DNA from: Eledone cirrhosa
Lineage: Eukaryota
Length of the DNA: 64,000 nt
NCBI GenBank assembly: GCA_964016885.1
Contig: OZ024741.1
Coordinates: 316,696,001 to 316,760,000, forward strand
Direction of reading: 5' to 3'
The position numbers were made by a program, and so were the translations under genes. This document shows positions 1 through 11,402 of the stretch, piece by piece. The notes under the pieces are model-generated. The model saw only the letters and a list, made by a program, of their open reading frames with translations, was not told the DNA's origin and made no database searches. Within the stretch, counting starts at the first letter, position 1, and each line of letters starts with the position of its first letter.

Positions 1-3000
1 CGTAGCTGATAGACTAGAAGATAGACTGCAGAAGATAGACTGTAACTGACAGATTAGAATATAGACTGTAGAAGATATACCGTTGAAATTAGACTGTAGA
101 AGATAGACTGTAAAAGTTAGACTGTAGAGGATAGACTGTAGAAGATAGACAGTATATAATAGATTGTAGATGATAGACTGTAGATGATAGACGGTAGATG
201 ACAGACTGTAGAAAATAGATGGTAGAAGATAGAATGTAAATGTTAGTTGTAGATGATAGACTGTAGATGATAGACTGTAGATGTTAGACTGTAGATTATA
301 GACTGTAGAAGATAGACTATAGAAGATAGACTGCAGATGATAGAGGGTAGAGGATAGACTGTAGATGATAGACTCTAGAAGATAGACTGTAGAAGTTATA
401 CTGTAGAAGATAGACTAGAAGTTAGACTGTAGATGACAGACTAGAATATAGACTGTAGAAGATATACTGTAGAAGGTAGACTGTAGAAGGTAGACTGTAG
501 ATGATAGACTGTAGATGTAGGACTGTAGAAGATAGACGGTAGAAAATAGACTGTAGAAGATAGACTGTAGAAGACAGACTGCAGAAGATAGAATGTAGAT
601 GATAGACTGTAGATGATAGACTGTAGAAAATAGACTGTAGAAGATAAGATAGACTGTAGATGATAGTCTAGAAGATAGATTGTAGAAGATAGACTGTAGT
701 AAATAGACTGTAGATGATAGACTGTAGATGATACACTGTAGATAGACTGTAGAAGATAGACTGCAGAATATAGACTGTAGATGATAGACTGTAGGTGATA
801 GACTAGAATATTGACTGTAGAAGATAGACTGCAGATGTTAGACTGTAGATGATAGACCGTAGATGATGGACTGTAGATGATAGACTGTAGATGCTAGACT
901 GTAGAATATAGACTGTAGATGATAGACTGTAGAAGATAGACAGTATATGATAGATTGTAGATGATAGACTGTAGATGACAGACTGTAGATGATAGACTGT
1001 AGATGATAGACTGTAGATGATAGACTGTAGATGATAGACTGTAGATGATAGACTGTAGATGATAGACTGTAGAAGATAGACTGTAGAAGATAGACTAGAT
1101 GATAGACTATTAGTAGATAGACTAGATAATAGACTGTACATGATACACTGTAGAAGATGGACTGTAAATGATAGACTGTAGAAGATAGACAAGATAATAG
1201 ACTGTACATGATAGACTGTAGAGGATAGATTGTAGATGATAGGCTGTAGATTATAGTCTATAGAAGATAGATTAGAAGATGGACTGTAGAAGATACACTG
1301 TAGAAAATAGACTGTAGATGTTAGACTGTAGATAATAGACTGTAGAAGATAGACTGAAGAAAATACACTGTAGATGATTGACCGTAGCTGATAGACTGGA
1401 AGATAGACTGCAGAAGATAGACTGTAACTGACAGATTAGAATATAGACTGTAGAAGATATACCGTTGAAGTTAGACTGTAGAAGATAGACTGTAGAAGTT
1501 AGACTGTAGAGGATAGACTGTAGAAGATAGACAGTATATGATAGATTGTAGATGATAGACTGTAGATGATAGACGGTAGATGACAGACTGTAGAAAATAG
1601 ATGGTAGAAGATAGAATGTAGATGTTAGCTGTAGATGATAGACTGTAGATGATAGACTGTAGATGTTAGACTGTAGATTATAGACTGTAGAAGATAGACT
1701 ATAGAAGATAGACTGCAGATGATAGAGGGTAGAGGATAGACTGTAGATGATAGACTCTAGAAGATAGACTGTAGAGGTTATACTGTAGAAGATAGACTAG
1801 AAGTTAGACTGTAGATGACAGACTAGAATATAGACTGTAGAAGATATACTGTAGAAGGTAGACTGTAGAAGATAGACTGTAGATGATAGACTGTAGATGT
1901 AGGACTGTAGAAGATAGACGGTAGAAAATAGACTGTAGAAGATAGACTGTAGAAGATAGACTGCAGAAGATAGAATGTAGATGATAGACTGTAGATGATA
2001 GACTGTAGAAGATAGACTGTAGAAGATAAGATAGACTGTAGATGATAGTCTAGAAGATAGATTGTAGAAGATAGACTGTAGTAAATAGACTGTAGATGAT
2101 AGACTGTAGATGATACACTGTAGATAGACTGTAGAAGATAGACTGCAGAATATAGACTGTAGATGATAGACTGTAGGTGATAGACTAGAATATAGACTGT
2201 AGAAGATAGACTGCAGATGTTAGACTGTAGATGATAGACCGTAGATGATGGACTGTAGATGATAGACTGTAGATGCAAGACTGTAGAATATAGACTGTAG
2301 ATGATAGACTGTAGAAGATAGACAGTATATGATAGATTGTAGATGATAGACTGTAGATGATAGACTGTAGATGATAGACGGTACATGATAGACTTTAGAA
2401 GATAGACTGTAGATGATAGACTGTTGATGATAGACTATAGATGAGAGACTGTAGATGATAGACTGTAGAAGATAGACTGTAGAAGATAGACTGTAGATGA
2501 TAGACTGTAGATGATAGACTGTAGATGATAGACTGTAGAAGATAGACTGTAAATGATAGACTGTAGATGATAGACTGTAGAAGATAGACTGTAGAAGATA
2601 GACTGTAGATGATAGACTGTAGATGATAGACTGTAGATGATAGACTGTAGAAGATAGACTGTAAATGATAGACTGTAGATAATAAACTGTAGATGATAGA
2701 CTGTAGAAGATAGATTAGATAATAGACTGTAGTAGATAGATAAGATAATAGACTGTACATGATAGACTGTAGAATATAGACTGTACATGATAGACTGTAG
2801 AAGATAGACTGTAGATGATAGACTGTAAAAGACATACTGTAGATGATAGACTGTAGATGATAGACTAGATGATAGTCTGTATAAGATAGACTGTAGATGA
2901 TAGACTGTATATGATATACTGTAGATGATATACTGTAGACAGCAGATGATAGATTGTAGAGGATAGACTGTTTATGATACATGGTACATGAGACTCAGTA

Positions 3001-6000
3001 GATGATAGACTGTAGAAAATAGACTGTAGATCATAGACTATAGAAGATAGACTGTAGAAGATAGACTGTAGATGATAGACTGTAGATGATAGACTTTAGA
3101 TGATAGACTGTAGATGATAGACTGTAGATGATAGACTGTAGAAGATAGACTGTAGATGATAGACTGTACATGATAGACTGTAGAAGATAGACTGTAGATG
3201 ATAGACTGTAGAAGATAGACTGTAGATGATAGACTGTAGATGATACACGGTACATGATAGACTGCTGAAGATAGACTGTAGATGATAGACAGTACATGAT
3301 AGACTGTAGAAGATAGCGTGTAGAAGATAGACTAGATGATAGACTGTACATGATAGACTGTAGAAGAGAGACTGTAGAAAATAGACTGTAGAAGATAGAC
3401 TGTAGAAGATAGACTGTAGATGATAGACTATAGATGAGAGACTGTAGATAATAGACTGTAGATGATAGACTGTAGATGATAGACTGTAGATGATAGACTG
3501 TAGATGATAGACTGTATATAATAGACTGTAGATGATAGACTGTAGAAGATAGACTGTAGAAGATAGACTTGTTGATAGGCTGTAGATGATAGACTAGATG
3601 ATAGACTGCAGAAGATAGACTGTAGATGATAAACTATAGATGAGAGACTGTAGATGAGAGACTGTAGAAGATAGACTGTACTTGATAGACTGTAGATAAT
3701 ACACAGTAGAAAATAGACTATAGACGATAGACTGTAGAAGATAGACTGTAGAAGATAGACTGTAGATGATAGACTGTAGAAGATAGACTGTAGATGATAG
3801 GCTGTAGATTATAGACTGTAGAAGATAGACTATAGAAGATGGACTGTAAAAGATAGACTGTACTTGATGGACTGTAGATGATAGACTGTAGATGGTAGAC
3901 TGTAGAAAATAGACTGTAGATGATAGACTGTAGAAGATACATTATAGAAGATAGACTGTAGAGGATAGACTGTAGAAGATAGACTGTAGATGATAGACTG
4001 TAGAAGATAGACTGTAGATGATAGACTGTAGAAGATGGACTGTAGATGATAGACTGTAGATGATAGACTGTAGATGATAGACAGTACATGAGAGACGGTA
4101 GAAGATTGACTAGATGGTAGACTGTAGTAGATAGACTAGATGATACACTGTAGATGATGGATTCTAAAAGTTAGACTGTACATGATAGACTGTAGAAGAT
4201 ACACTGTAGAAGATAGACTGTAGTAGATAGACTTTAGAAGATAGACTGTAGATGATAGACTGTAGAAGATACATGCTAGAAAATAGACTGTAGATGATAG
4301 ACTGTAGATGATAGAGTTTAGATGATAAACTGTAGAAGATAGACTGTAGAAGATAGACTAGATGATAGACTGTAGAAGATAGACTGTAGAAATTAGACTG
4401 TAGATGATAGACTTTAGAAGATAGAATGTAGAAGATAAACTGTAGAAGATAGACAGTAGAAGGTAGACTGTAGATGGTAGACTAGATGATAGACTGTTGA
4501 AGATAGAGTGTAGAAGATAGACTGTAGATGATAGACTGTAGATGATAGACTGTAAGAGATAGACTGTAGATTATAGACTGTAGATGATAGACTGTAAGAG
4601 ATAGACTGTAGATGATAGACTGTAGCAGATAGACAATAGAAGACATACTGTAGATGCTAGAATGTAGATAATAGACGGTAGATGATAAACTGTAGAAGAT
4701 AGACTGTAGATGATGGACTGTAGATGATAGACTGTAGATAGACTGTAGATGATAGATTGTAGATAATAGACTGTAGATGATAGACTGTAGAAGATAGACA
4801 GTAGATGATACACGGTAGAAGATAGACTGTAGATGATAGACTGTAGATGATATATGGTACATGATAGACTGTAGATGATAGAGTGTTGAAGATAGACAAT
4901 AGAAGATAGACGGTAGATGATAGACAATAGAAGATAGACTGTAGATGATAGACTGTAGAAGATAGACTGTAGATGATAGACTATGGATAAGAGACTGTAG
5001 ATGATAGACTGTAGATGATAGGCTGTAGATTATAGACTGTAGAAGATAGACTGTAGAAAATAGAATGTAGATGATAGACTGTAGAAGATAGACTGTAGAT
5101 GATAGACTGTAGATGATAGACTGTAGAAGATAGACTGTAGAAGATAGACTGTAGATGATAGACTGTAGAAGATAGTCTGTAGAAGATAGACTGTAGATGA
5201 TAGACTGTAGATGATAGACTGTAGATGATAGACTATAAGAGATAGACTGTAGATTATAGACTGTAGATGATAGACTGTAAGAGATAGACTGTAGATGATA
5301 GACTGTAGCAGATAGACAATAGAAGACATACTGTAGATGCTAGAATGTAGATAATAGACGGTAGATGATAAACTGTAGAAGATAGACTGTAGATGATGGA
5401 CTGTAGATGATAGACTGTAGATAGACTGTAGATGATAGATTGTAGATAATAGACTGTAGATGATAGACTGTAGAAGATAGACAGTAGATGATACACGGTA
5501 GAAGATAGACTGTAGATGATAGACTGTAGATGATATATGGTACATGATAGACTGTAGATGATAGAGTGTTGAAGATAGACAATAGAAGATAGACGGTAGA
5601 TGATAGACAATAGAAGATAGACTGTAGATGATAGACTGTAGAAGATAGACTGTAGATGATAGACTATGGATAAGAGACTGTAGATGATAGACTGTAGATG
5701 ATAGGCTGTAGATTATAGACTGTAGAAGATAGACTGTAGAAAATAGAATGTAGATGATAGACTGTAGAAGATAGACTGTAGATGATAGACTGTAGATGAT
5801 AGACTGTAGAAGATAGACTGTAGAAGATAGACTGTAGATGATAGACTGTAGAAGATAGTCTGTAGAAGATAGACTGTAGATGATAGACTGTAGATGATAG
5901 ACTGTAGAAGATAGACTGTAGAAGATAGACTGTAGATGATAGACTGTAGAAGATAGTCTGTAGAAGATAGACTGTAGATGATAGAATGTAGATGATAGAC

Positions 6001-6665
6001 TGTAGAAGATAGACTGTAGATGATAGACTGTAGAAGATAGTCTGTAGAAGATAGACTGTAGATGATAGACTGTAGATGATAGACTGTAGAAGATAGACTG
6101 TAGAAGATAGACTGTAGATGATAGACTGTAGAAGATAGTCTGTAGAAGATAGACTGTAGATGATAGAATGTAGATGATAGACTGTAGAAGATAGACTGCA
6201 GATGATAGACTGTAGAAGATAGTCTGTAGAAGATAGACTGTAGATGATAGACTGTAGATGATAGACTGTAGAAGATAGACTGTAGAAGATAGACTGTAGA
6301 TGATAGACTGTAGAAGATAGTCTGTAGAAGATAGACTGTAGATGATAGAATGTAGATGATAGACTGTAGAAGATAGACTGTAGATGATAGGCTGTAGATG
6401 ATAAACTGTAGAAGATGGACTGTAGATGATATATGGCACATGATGCACTGTAGAAAATACACTGTAGATGATAGACTGTAGAAGATAGACTGTAGAAGAT
6501 AGATTATAGAAGATAGACGGTAGATAATTGACTGTAGAAGACTGACTGTAGAAGATAGACTGTAGATGATAGAATGTAGAAGATAGACTGTAGAAGATAG
6601 ACTGTACATGATAGACTGAAGAAGATAGACTGTAAAAGACATACAGCAGATGATAGACTGTAGAT
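1..6665. repeat. 14-bp tandem satellite GATAGACTGTAGA(A/T), block 1 (runs off window start)
   Basis: Continuous 14-bp periodicity read directly, with occasional 11-bp (GATAGACTAGA) units and point variants; the minus-strand 'YSLSSTVYHLQSII' ORFs are the 42-nt translation of this unit. Confidence 0.98.
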
Positions 6666-7426
6666 AATAATAATGAAATATTGTCTACAGTTCTCAGGTG
6701 CACTACAACTCATCCAAAAGTGCATATATAGTACATAGGGTAATGTACAAACGTCAGTAAAATGAACAGTGCATGAGTCATGATATACACATGTGTGCAT
6801 GTGTATGGAAGGGGGACATCAGGTGTAGTTTTGGTGTATTTCGCGAAGCATTAGGGTTTTAACGGATGCAGTGTCTCGGCAGTTTGTTCCATGCTTCAGC
6901 AATTCTGAGTGTGAAAAAATGTTTCCGAAAGTCATGGGAGCTGTGCTGTTTTCTGATTTTGTAGGCATGTCCACGTGTGTTAGACACATGGAGATCAAAT
7001 AGGTGCTCAGGGTTGTTGTTGGCGAGATTGTTAATAACTTTGTGGGTGTTTACCAAGTCTATTACCAGATGTCGGAGCTTCAATGAATCCATGCCCAGGG
7101 AAGCAAGGCGTTCAGAGTATGATAGGTGTCTGATGGAGGGTTGTCGCTTGGTTGCACGTCTCTCAACAGTATCCAGGAGGTCAATGTTCTGAGCAAGATA
7201 GGGGTTCCAGACTGATGATGCGAATTCCAAGTGTGGTCGTACCATAGCTGTATAGAGTTTTAAATAGATGGCTGGAGAGAGTCTAACAAAGGCCTTGTTG
7301 AGTGATGCCAAGACACCCTCGGCCTTCTTGACAATCTTAGAGACATGCTTTGTACAACGCAAATTGCGGCTGACAGTAATGCACAGGTCACGTTCACAAG
7401 AGGACTTCTTGATATCACTGTTGTGG
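6666..7426 (-). mobile_element. 5'-truncated CR1-clade LINE (RT C-terminal region, 3'UTR, (ATT)n tail) inserted in the satellite
   Basis: ORF 6859-7509 translates ERDL..., LYTAMVRPHLEFASSVWNPY, ERRATK, LSYSERLASLG, TRGH, FFTLRIAEAWNKLP, the typical CR1 post-RT region. The sense strand ends TTTCATTATTATT at ~6666. AGAT flanks both junctions (6662-6665, 7427-7430). Confidence 0.9.
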
Positions 7427-7716
7427 AGATGATAGACTAGATGATAGGCTGTAGATGATAGACTGTAGATGATAGACTGTAGATGATAGACTGTCTGTAG
7501 ATGATACACGGTACATGATAGACTGCTGAAGATAGACTGTAGATGATAGACTAGATGATAGACTGTAGAAGATAGACTGTAGATGATAGACTGTAGATGA
7601 TAGACTTTAGATGATAGACTTTAGATGATAGACTGTAGATGATAGACTGTAGAAGATAGACTGTAGAAGATAGACTGTAGATGATAGACTGTAGATGATA
7701 GACTGTAGATGATAGA
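7427..7716. repeat. 14-bp satellite, short block between the two LINE insertions
   Basis: Same GATAGACTGTAGAW unit. Confidence 0.97.
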
Positions 7717-7720
7717 TTTC

Positions 7721-7726
7721 TTTATT
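7721..7726 (-). terminator. Polyadenylation-type signal AATAAA at the element 3' terminus
   Basis: Sense ...GGTAAATAAAGAAA| then target; equivalent ATTAAAGAAA at 50827-50836 and AATAAAGAAA at 51709-51718 in related copies. Confidence 0.6.
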
Positions 7727-7931
7727 TACCATAGAGGCATAAAAAGAAGGGACAAATACAAAGGGGGAGTTTACATATAATCGAGTAAAAAGGGTGTAGC
7801 ATGAAAATAATCGAAAATAACCTCAAAAGGGAGGGGACGTGATGGGGGTTGCACACACCCCCGAAAAAGTGTGCAATCCTTTGCCCGGGGAGCACATGGA
7901 GAAGGTGCTCCCCTCTCCTTTACTTCTTTAC

Positions 7932-10900
7932 CTACAGGATGGTATACAGAGAAGGCCCATTTACACGAGCCATTCTCGCCACTATCACCCACCTTTCATA
8001 AAACTGCCTGTGGCCAAGCACCTCTCTCTCCATTCTTATCCTCCTTGCGAAGTGATATCGGAAGAAGTAGACCAGACTATGGCCAGAGAGGAAGTTGCCT
8101 GACCTCAGACCTTTCAATCGTGTCCACCAAACAACCTCTTTCAACATGGCTATTACGCACAGAAAAACCGCCTTTGCTTCCTTTGTGAAGAGGGGAGGCG
8201 GTTTGATTGTCATCACGGACTCGGCGGTCAATTTAATCGGCGCCACCCGCGACAGCAGTTGTTCGGCGTAGCCCCACAGATCAGCCACGCCCGGACATTG
8301 CACCAATGCGTGCGCCACGGTTTCTTCGTGACGCACGCATCTAGGGCAAATCTTTTTTGAGGGATCCCTGCCCGGGCGCCCGTGTCTGTAGAGCCTCTCT
8401 CGAACGGGTAGAGCCCCTCGGTAGCACTGCCAGGCCAGTGACTTCTGGAAGTTGTCCATTGGTCCTGGGCCGAAAGTCCTACCGAACAGGCTGGCCAGTT
8501 CGTCTTCTTCCATGTCCAGCGACTCCCCAAGGGTGTCATCGCCCCTGCTAGCCACCAGCCCTCTATAGAATGATGAGGTGGATTCTCCACCGATGGCCCG
8601 GCCCGCTTGCCAGAGAGCCCTGAGCGCCTGAGCACACTCAGTGTGCCAGTCTCCCAGTTTTCCGGATCTTTGCTTGACCCTGGACTGTAGCTTGGTGAGT
8701 GAGACGAGTCTCGGAAAGGCTCGTTTCACGAACGGAGCCCACACCGGTTGACCAGTGAGGAATACCTGTAGGTGCCGTAGCCTTAATGCGTGCCTACGCA
8801 TCATCAACCACGGCATCCCCAGCCCTCCTTTCGAAGGTTGTTGGCAGCAGATGGATCTTCTCACCATAGGAGGACGCTTCTTCCAAAGAAATTGGAAGAG
8901 CATGCGTTCCATGGTGGTGAGTGTTTCCTTAGGGCAAGGCACGACAGTCAGGCGGTAGTAAGTGACGGACGCTATGTAAATGTTCGCCACCTCCGCCCGG
9001 CCTTTTAGGGACAGCTTACACTTGGCCCATTTCTGGGTTAGTGCAAACACCTTGTTCGTAACCTCGTTCCAGTTCTTTTCCACCTGGAGGTCCGGTCCAA
9101 ACCAGACCCCAAGCAACTTTACCGGGCCCTCCGTCCAGTGTCCGACGACACCGTCAGGAGGCATCGGTCTGCCTCTCCACGTTCCGAGTTGCAGCCCGAT
9201 GGATTTTTCCCGGTTCAGTTTCGCTCCTGACAACCTTTCGTACTCCTCCAGTAAGGTACCGATCGCCTCGATCTCCGAGTCGGTTGATACCATTACTGTT
9301 ACGTCATCGGCGTAGGCCGACACCGCTTTGCTCAATCCTGGTTCCAGGGGGATACCCTGCAACAACTCCAACTTCCTCAGTAAAGGCTCGAGAGTCAATA
9401 CGTACAGAAGGGAGGAGAGAGGGCACCCCTGTCGAATGGATCGTGTGATTTCGAACGGCTTCGAAAGGTAGCCGTTCACCTTGATCCTAGAACAGATGTG
9501 GTTGCTATGTATGGCAGTGATCCAGCCTCTGAAAACAGGACCGAACCCAGCCGCCGCTAGCACCGCATCCAGGTAACCATGGTCGACCCTATCGAAGGCC
9601 TTAGACTGATCCAAGTTGATCAGGGCCCCACCGAAGCCGGGTTTGTTGCCAACCCTTTCTATGATGTATCGCATGAGGTGGAGGTTATCGTGAATGGACC
9701 TGGATGGGATAGCACATGTCTGCGCATCTCCCACCAGGCCACCCACGACAAGCGCCAACCTCTTTGCTAACACCTTGGCCAAAATCTTTAACTCTGTGTT
9801 TAGCAGGGTTATGGGCCGAAAATTATTTATACTATCCCCCTTGTTCTCGTCCTTCCTCACCAGCGTGACTACGCCCTTGGCTACAGAACAAGGAATTCTC
9901 CCGTTCTGCTGCCAATTGCAGTAGACCGCTTCGAGGAGTTCGGAGAAGAAGACCGGCATTGCTAAATAAAGTTCGTAAGGTATACCATCGAGACCTGGAG
10001 ATTTGCGTCTGCTGCATTGGCTCAGCGCATCTCCGATCTCATCAGCCGAGATTGGTCCCTCGCAGGACTCTGCCTCTTTGTTCGAGAGACGCGGCAGGCC
10101 GTCGAGGTATGGACTGAAATCCACGCCCCGGCCCGGACCCTCGCCTCCCCCGAACAATCGGGCAAAGTGCTTTTGAAAGGCCTCGCACATCTGCTTAGGC
10201 TCCCGGATCACTCGTCCATCTTCGTCTTGCAACGACCGGATGGTGGATCGATTTCCACTTTTAGCTTCTGTCACGCGGGCCCATCCAACGGCTTTGGCCC
10301 CCTCATTACCTAGAGCACGTATTTTACTTCGAATGACGCAGCCTTCATGCTTTGCATCGAAAAACTGGTTCAAGGCCGTCCTCGATGCCAGCACTCTGGC
10401 CACATCTTCGCTCTTGATTGCCTCTTCTAATTTACCTGTTAATTCTTTCTCGTTTCTATTCCTATTGGCAGCTAACATCTTGCTATAACTTATTGATTCT
10501 GTTCTAATCTCTCTTTTGAGAGATGCCCACCATCGGTTGTTGACGATTGCACCCGTCAACCTCTCCTTAACTAATCTGCTAATCCGGTTTCTGTAAGTCT
10601 CTTTTGCCGGTAAAGACAAATTAAGTTTCCAGTAACCGGGACCCTGTCTATGTGTTTTCTCGAGATTGACCACGCAGGTCACTAATTTGTGATCCGTGTA
10701 GCCAACCGTGCGCATTTCTGGACAGCTTAATATGTCCCTATCCTTACTTCTAACTAAGAATCTATCTAAGTACGATCTAGATTGACCACTGTGGTTTCTC
10801 CAAGTCCAGGTAGGCACAGTTGGAAAATCTAGTCGATATCTATCGACCAAGTTAAAACGGTCGAGTAACCCCTTGAGGCTGTTACACCCCCCTCTATTAG

Positions 10901-11369
10901 GACATGCTCCTGCATAGTCCCAACGTGCATCCAGGATGTCATTCCAATCCCCCGCTAGAAGCAGGGAACGCGACGTTCCCAGAAAAGTCTCCAAACGCTG
11001 GAAGAAGTCGGGCCGTTCAGCTCCGAAAGGGGAGTAGACGGCGACCAGTCTCAAGGCCGCACTTTCACTACTGCCAACGTCTAGCACCAACAAACGACCC
11101 TCCGGGTCCGAGTGCACAACCTGTACGGCAAGACCCAGGTGTTTTTGCAGCAGCACGACAACCCCACCCCCACCTCCAGGTTGACAGAGAGATGCATGCA
11201 CCTCAAAGTCATCGAAGGTGGGGGCCAGCTGCCGCATGACGCTGATTCGAGTCTCACAGATAACCATTACATTTATACTACATGACCTGAGGTCATTTAG
11301 AAGCTTTGCTTGCTTCCAAGTTGAGCCCAGGCCACGTGCGTTCAAACATCCTACTCTTAACACATCCAT
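7932..11369 (-). CDS. ORF2p: APE-type endonuclease + reverse transcriptase + C-terminal CCHC (Tx1/L1-like)
   Basis: EN motifs CLNARGL, ICETRI, AGDWNDILD, SYLDRFLV, TDHKLV; linker GPGYWKLN; RT motifs KSPGLDGIPYELY, NFRPITLLNTELKILAK, LDQSKAFDRVDH, QGCPLS, YADD; C-terminal CPRC..ETVAHALVQC; start context GCCGCCCACATGG; no stops or frameshifts. Confidence 0.96.
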   Translation of the reverse strand: MDVLRVGCLNARGLGSTWKQAKLLNDLRSCSINVMVICETRISVMRQLAPTFDDFEVHASLCQPGGGGGVVVLLQKHLGLAVQVVHSDPEGRLLVLDVGSSESAALRLVAVYSPFGAERPDFFQRLETFLGTSRSLLLAGDWNDILDARWDYAGACPNRGGCNSLKGLLDRFNLVDRYRLDFPTVPTWTWRNHSGQSRSYLDRFLVRSKDRDILSCPEMRTVGYTDHKLVTCVVNLEKTHRQGPGYWKLNLSLPAKETYRNRISRLVKERLTGAIVNNRWWASLKREIRTESISYSKMLAANRNRNEKELTGKLEEAIKSEDVARVLASRTALNQFFDAKHEGCVIRSKIRALGNEGAKAVGWARVTEAKSGNRSTIRSLQDEDGRVIREPKQMCEAFQKHFARLFGGGEGPGRGVDFSPYLDGLPRLSNKEAESCEGPISADEIGDALSQCSRRKSPGLDGIPYELYLAMPVFFSELLEAVYCNWQQNGRIPCSVAKGVVTLVRKDENKGDSINNFRPITLLNTELKILAKVLAKRLALVVGGLVGDAQTCAIPSRSIHDNLHLMRYIIERVGNKPGFGGALINLDQSKAFDRVDHGYLDAVLAAAGFGPVFRGWITAIHSNHICSRIKVNGYLSKPFEITRSIRQGCPLSSLLYVLTLEPLLRKLELLQGIPLEPGLSKAVSAYADDVTVMVSTDSEIEAIGTLLEEYERLSGAKLNREKSIGLQLGTWRGRPMPPDGVVGHWTEGPVKLLGVWFGPDLQVEKNWNEVTNKVFALTQKWAKCKLSLKGRAEVANIYIASVTYYRLTVVPCPKETLTTMERMLFQFLWKKRPPMVRRSICCQQPSKGGLGMPWLMMRRHALRLRHLQVFLTGQPVWAPFVKRAFPRLVSLTKLQSRVKQRSGKLGDWHTECAQALRALWQAGRAIGGESTSSFYRGLVASRGDDTLGESLDMEEDELASLFGRTFGPGPMDNFQKSLAWQCYRGALPVRERLYRHGRPGRDPSKKICPRCVRHEETVAHALVQCPGVADLWGYAEQLLSRVAPIKLTAESVMTIKPPPLFTKEAKAVFLCVIAMLKEVVWWTRLKGLRSGNFLSGHSLVYFFRYHFARRIRMEREVLGHRQFYERWVIVARMARVNGPSLYTIL

Positions 11370-11402
11370 GTGGGCGGCAGAGCCAAAGGAGAGTGTAGAG
11401 AC

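Noticed and set aside
10400-10860. AT-richer ORF2 segment with several sense GATAG words, considered as an internal guide for the TATC target
   Set aside because: Only about three occurrences, explained by Asp-Arg codons (GAT AGR) in conserved DR motifs.
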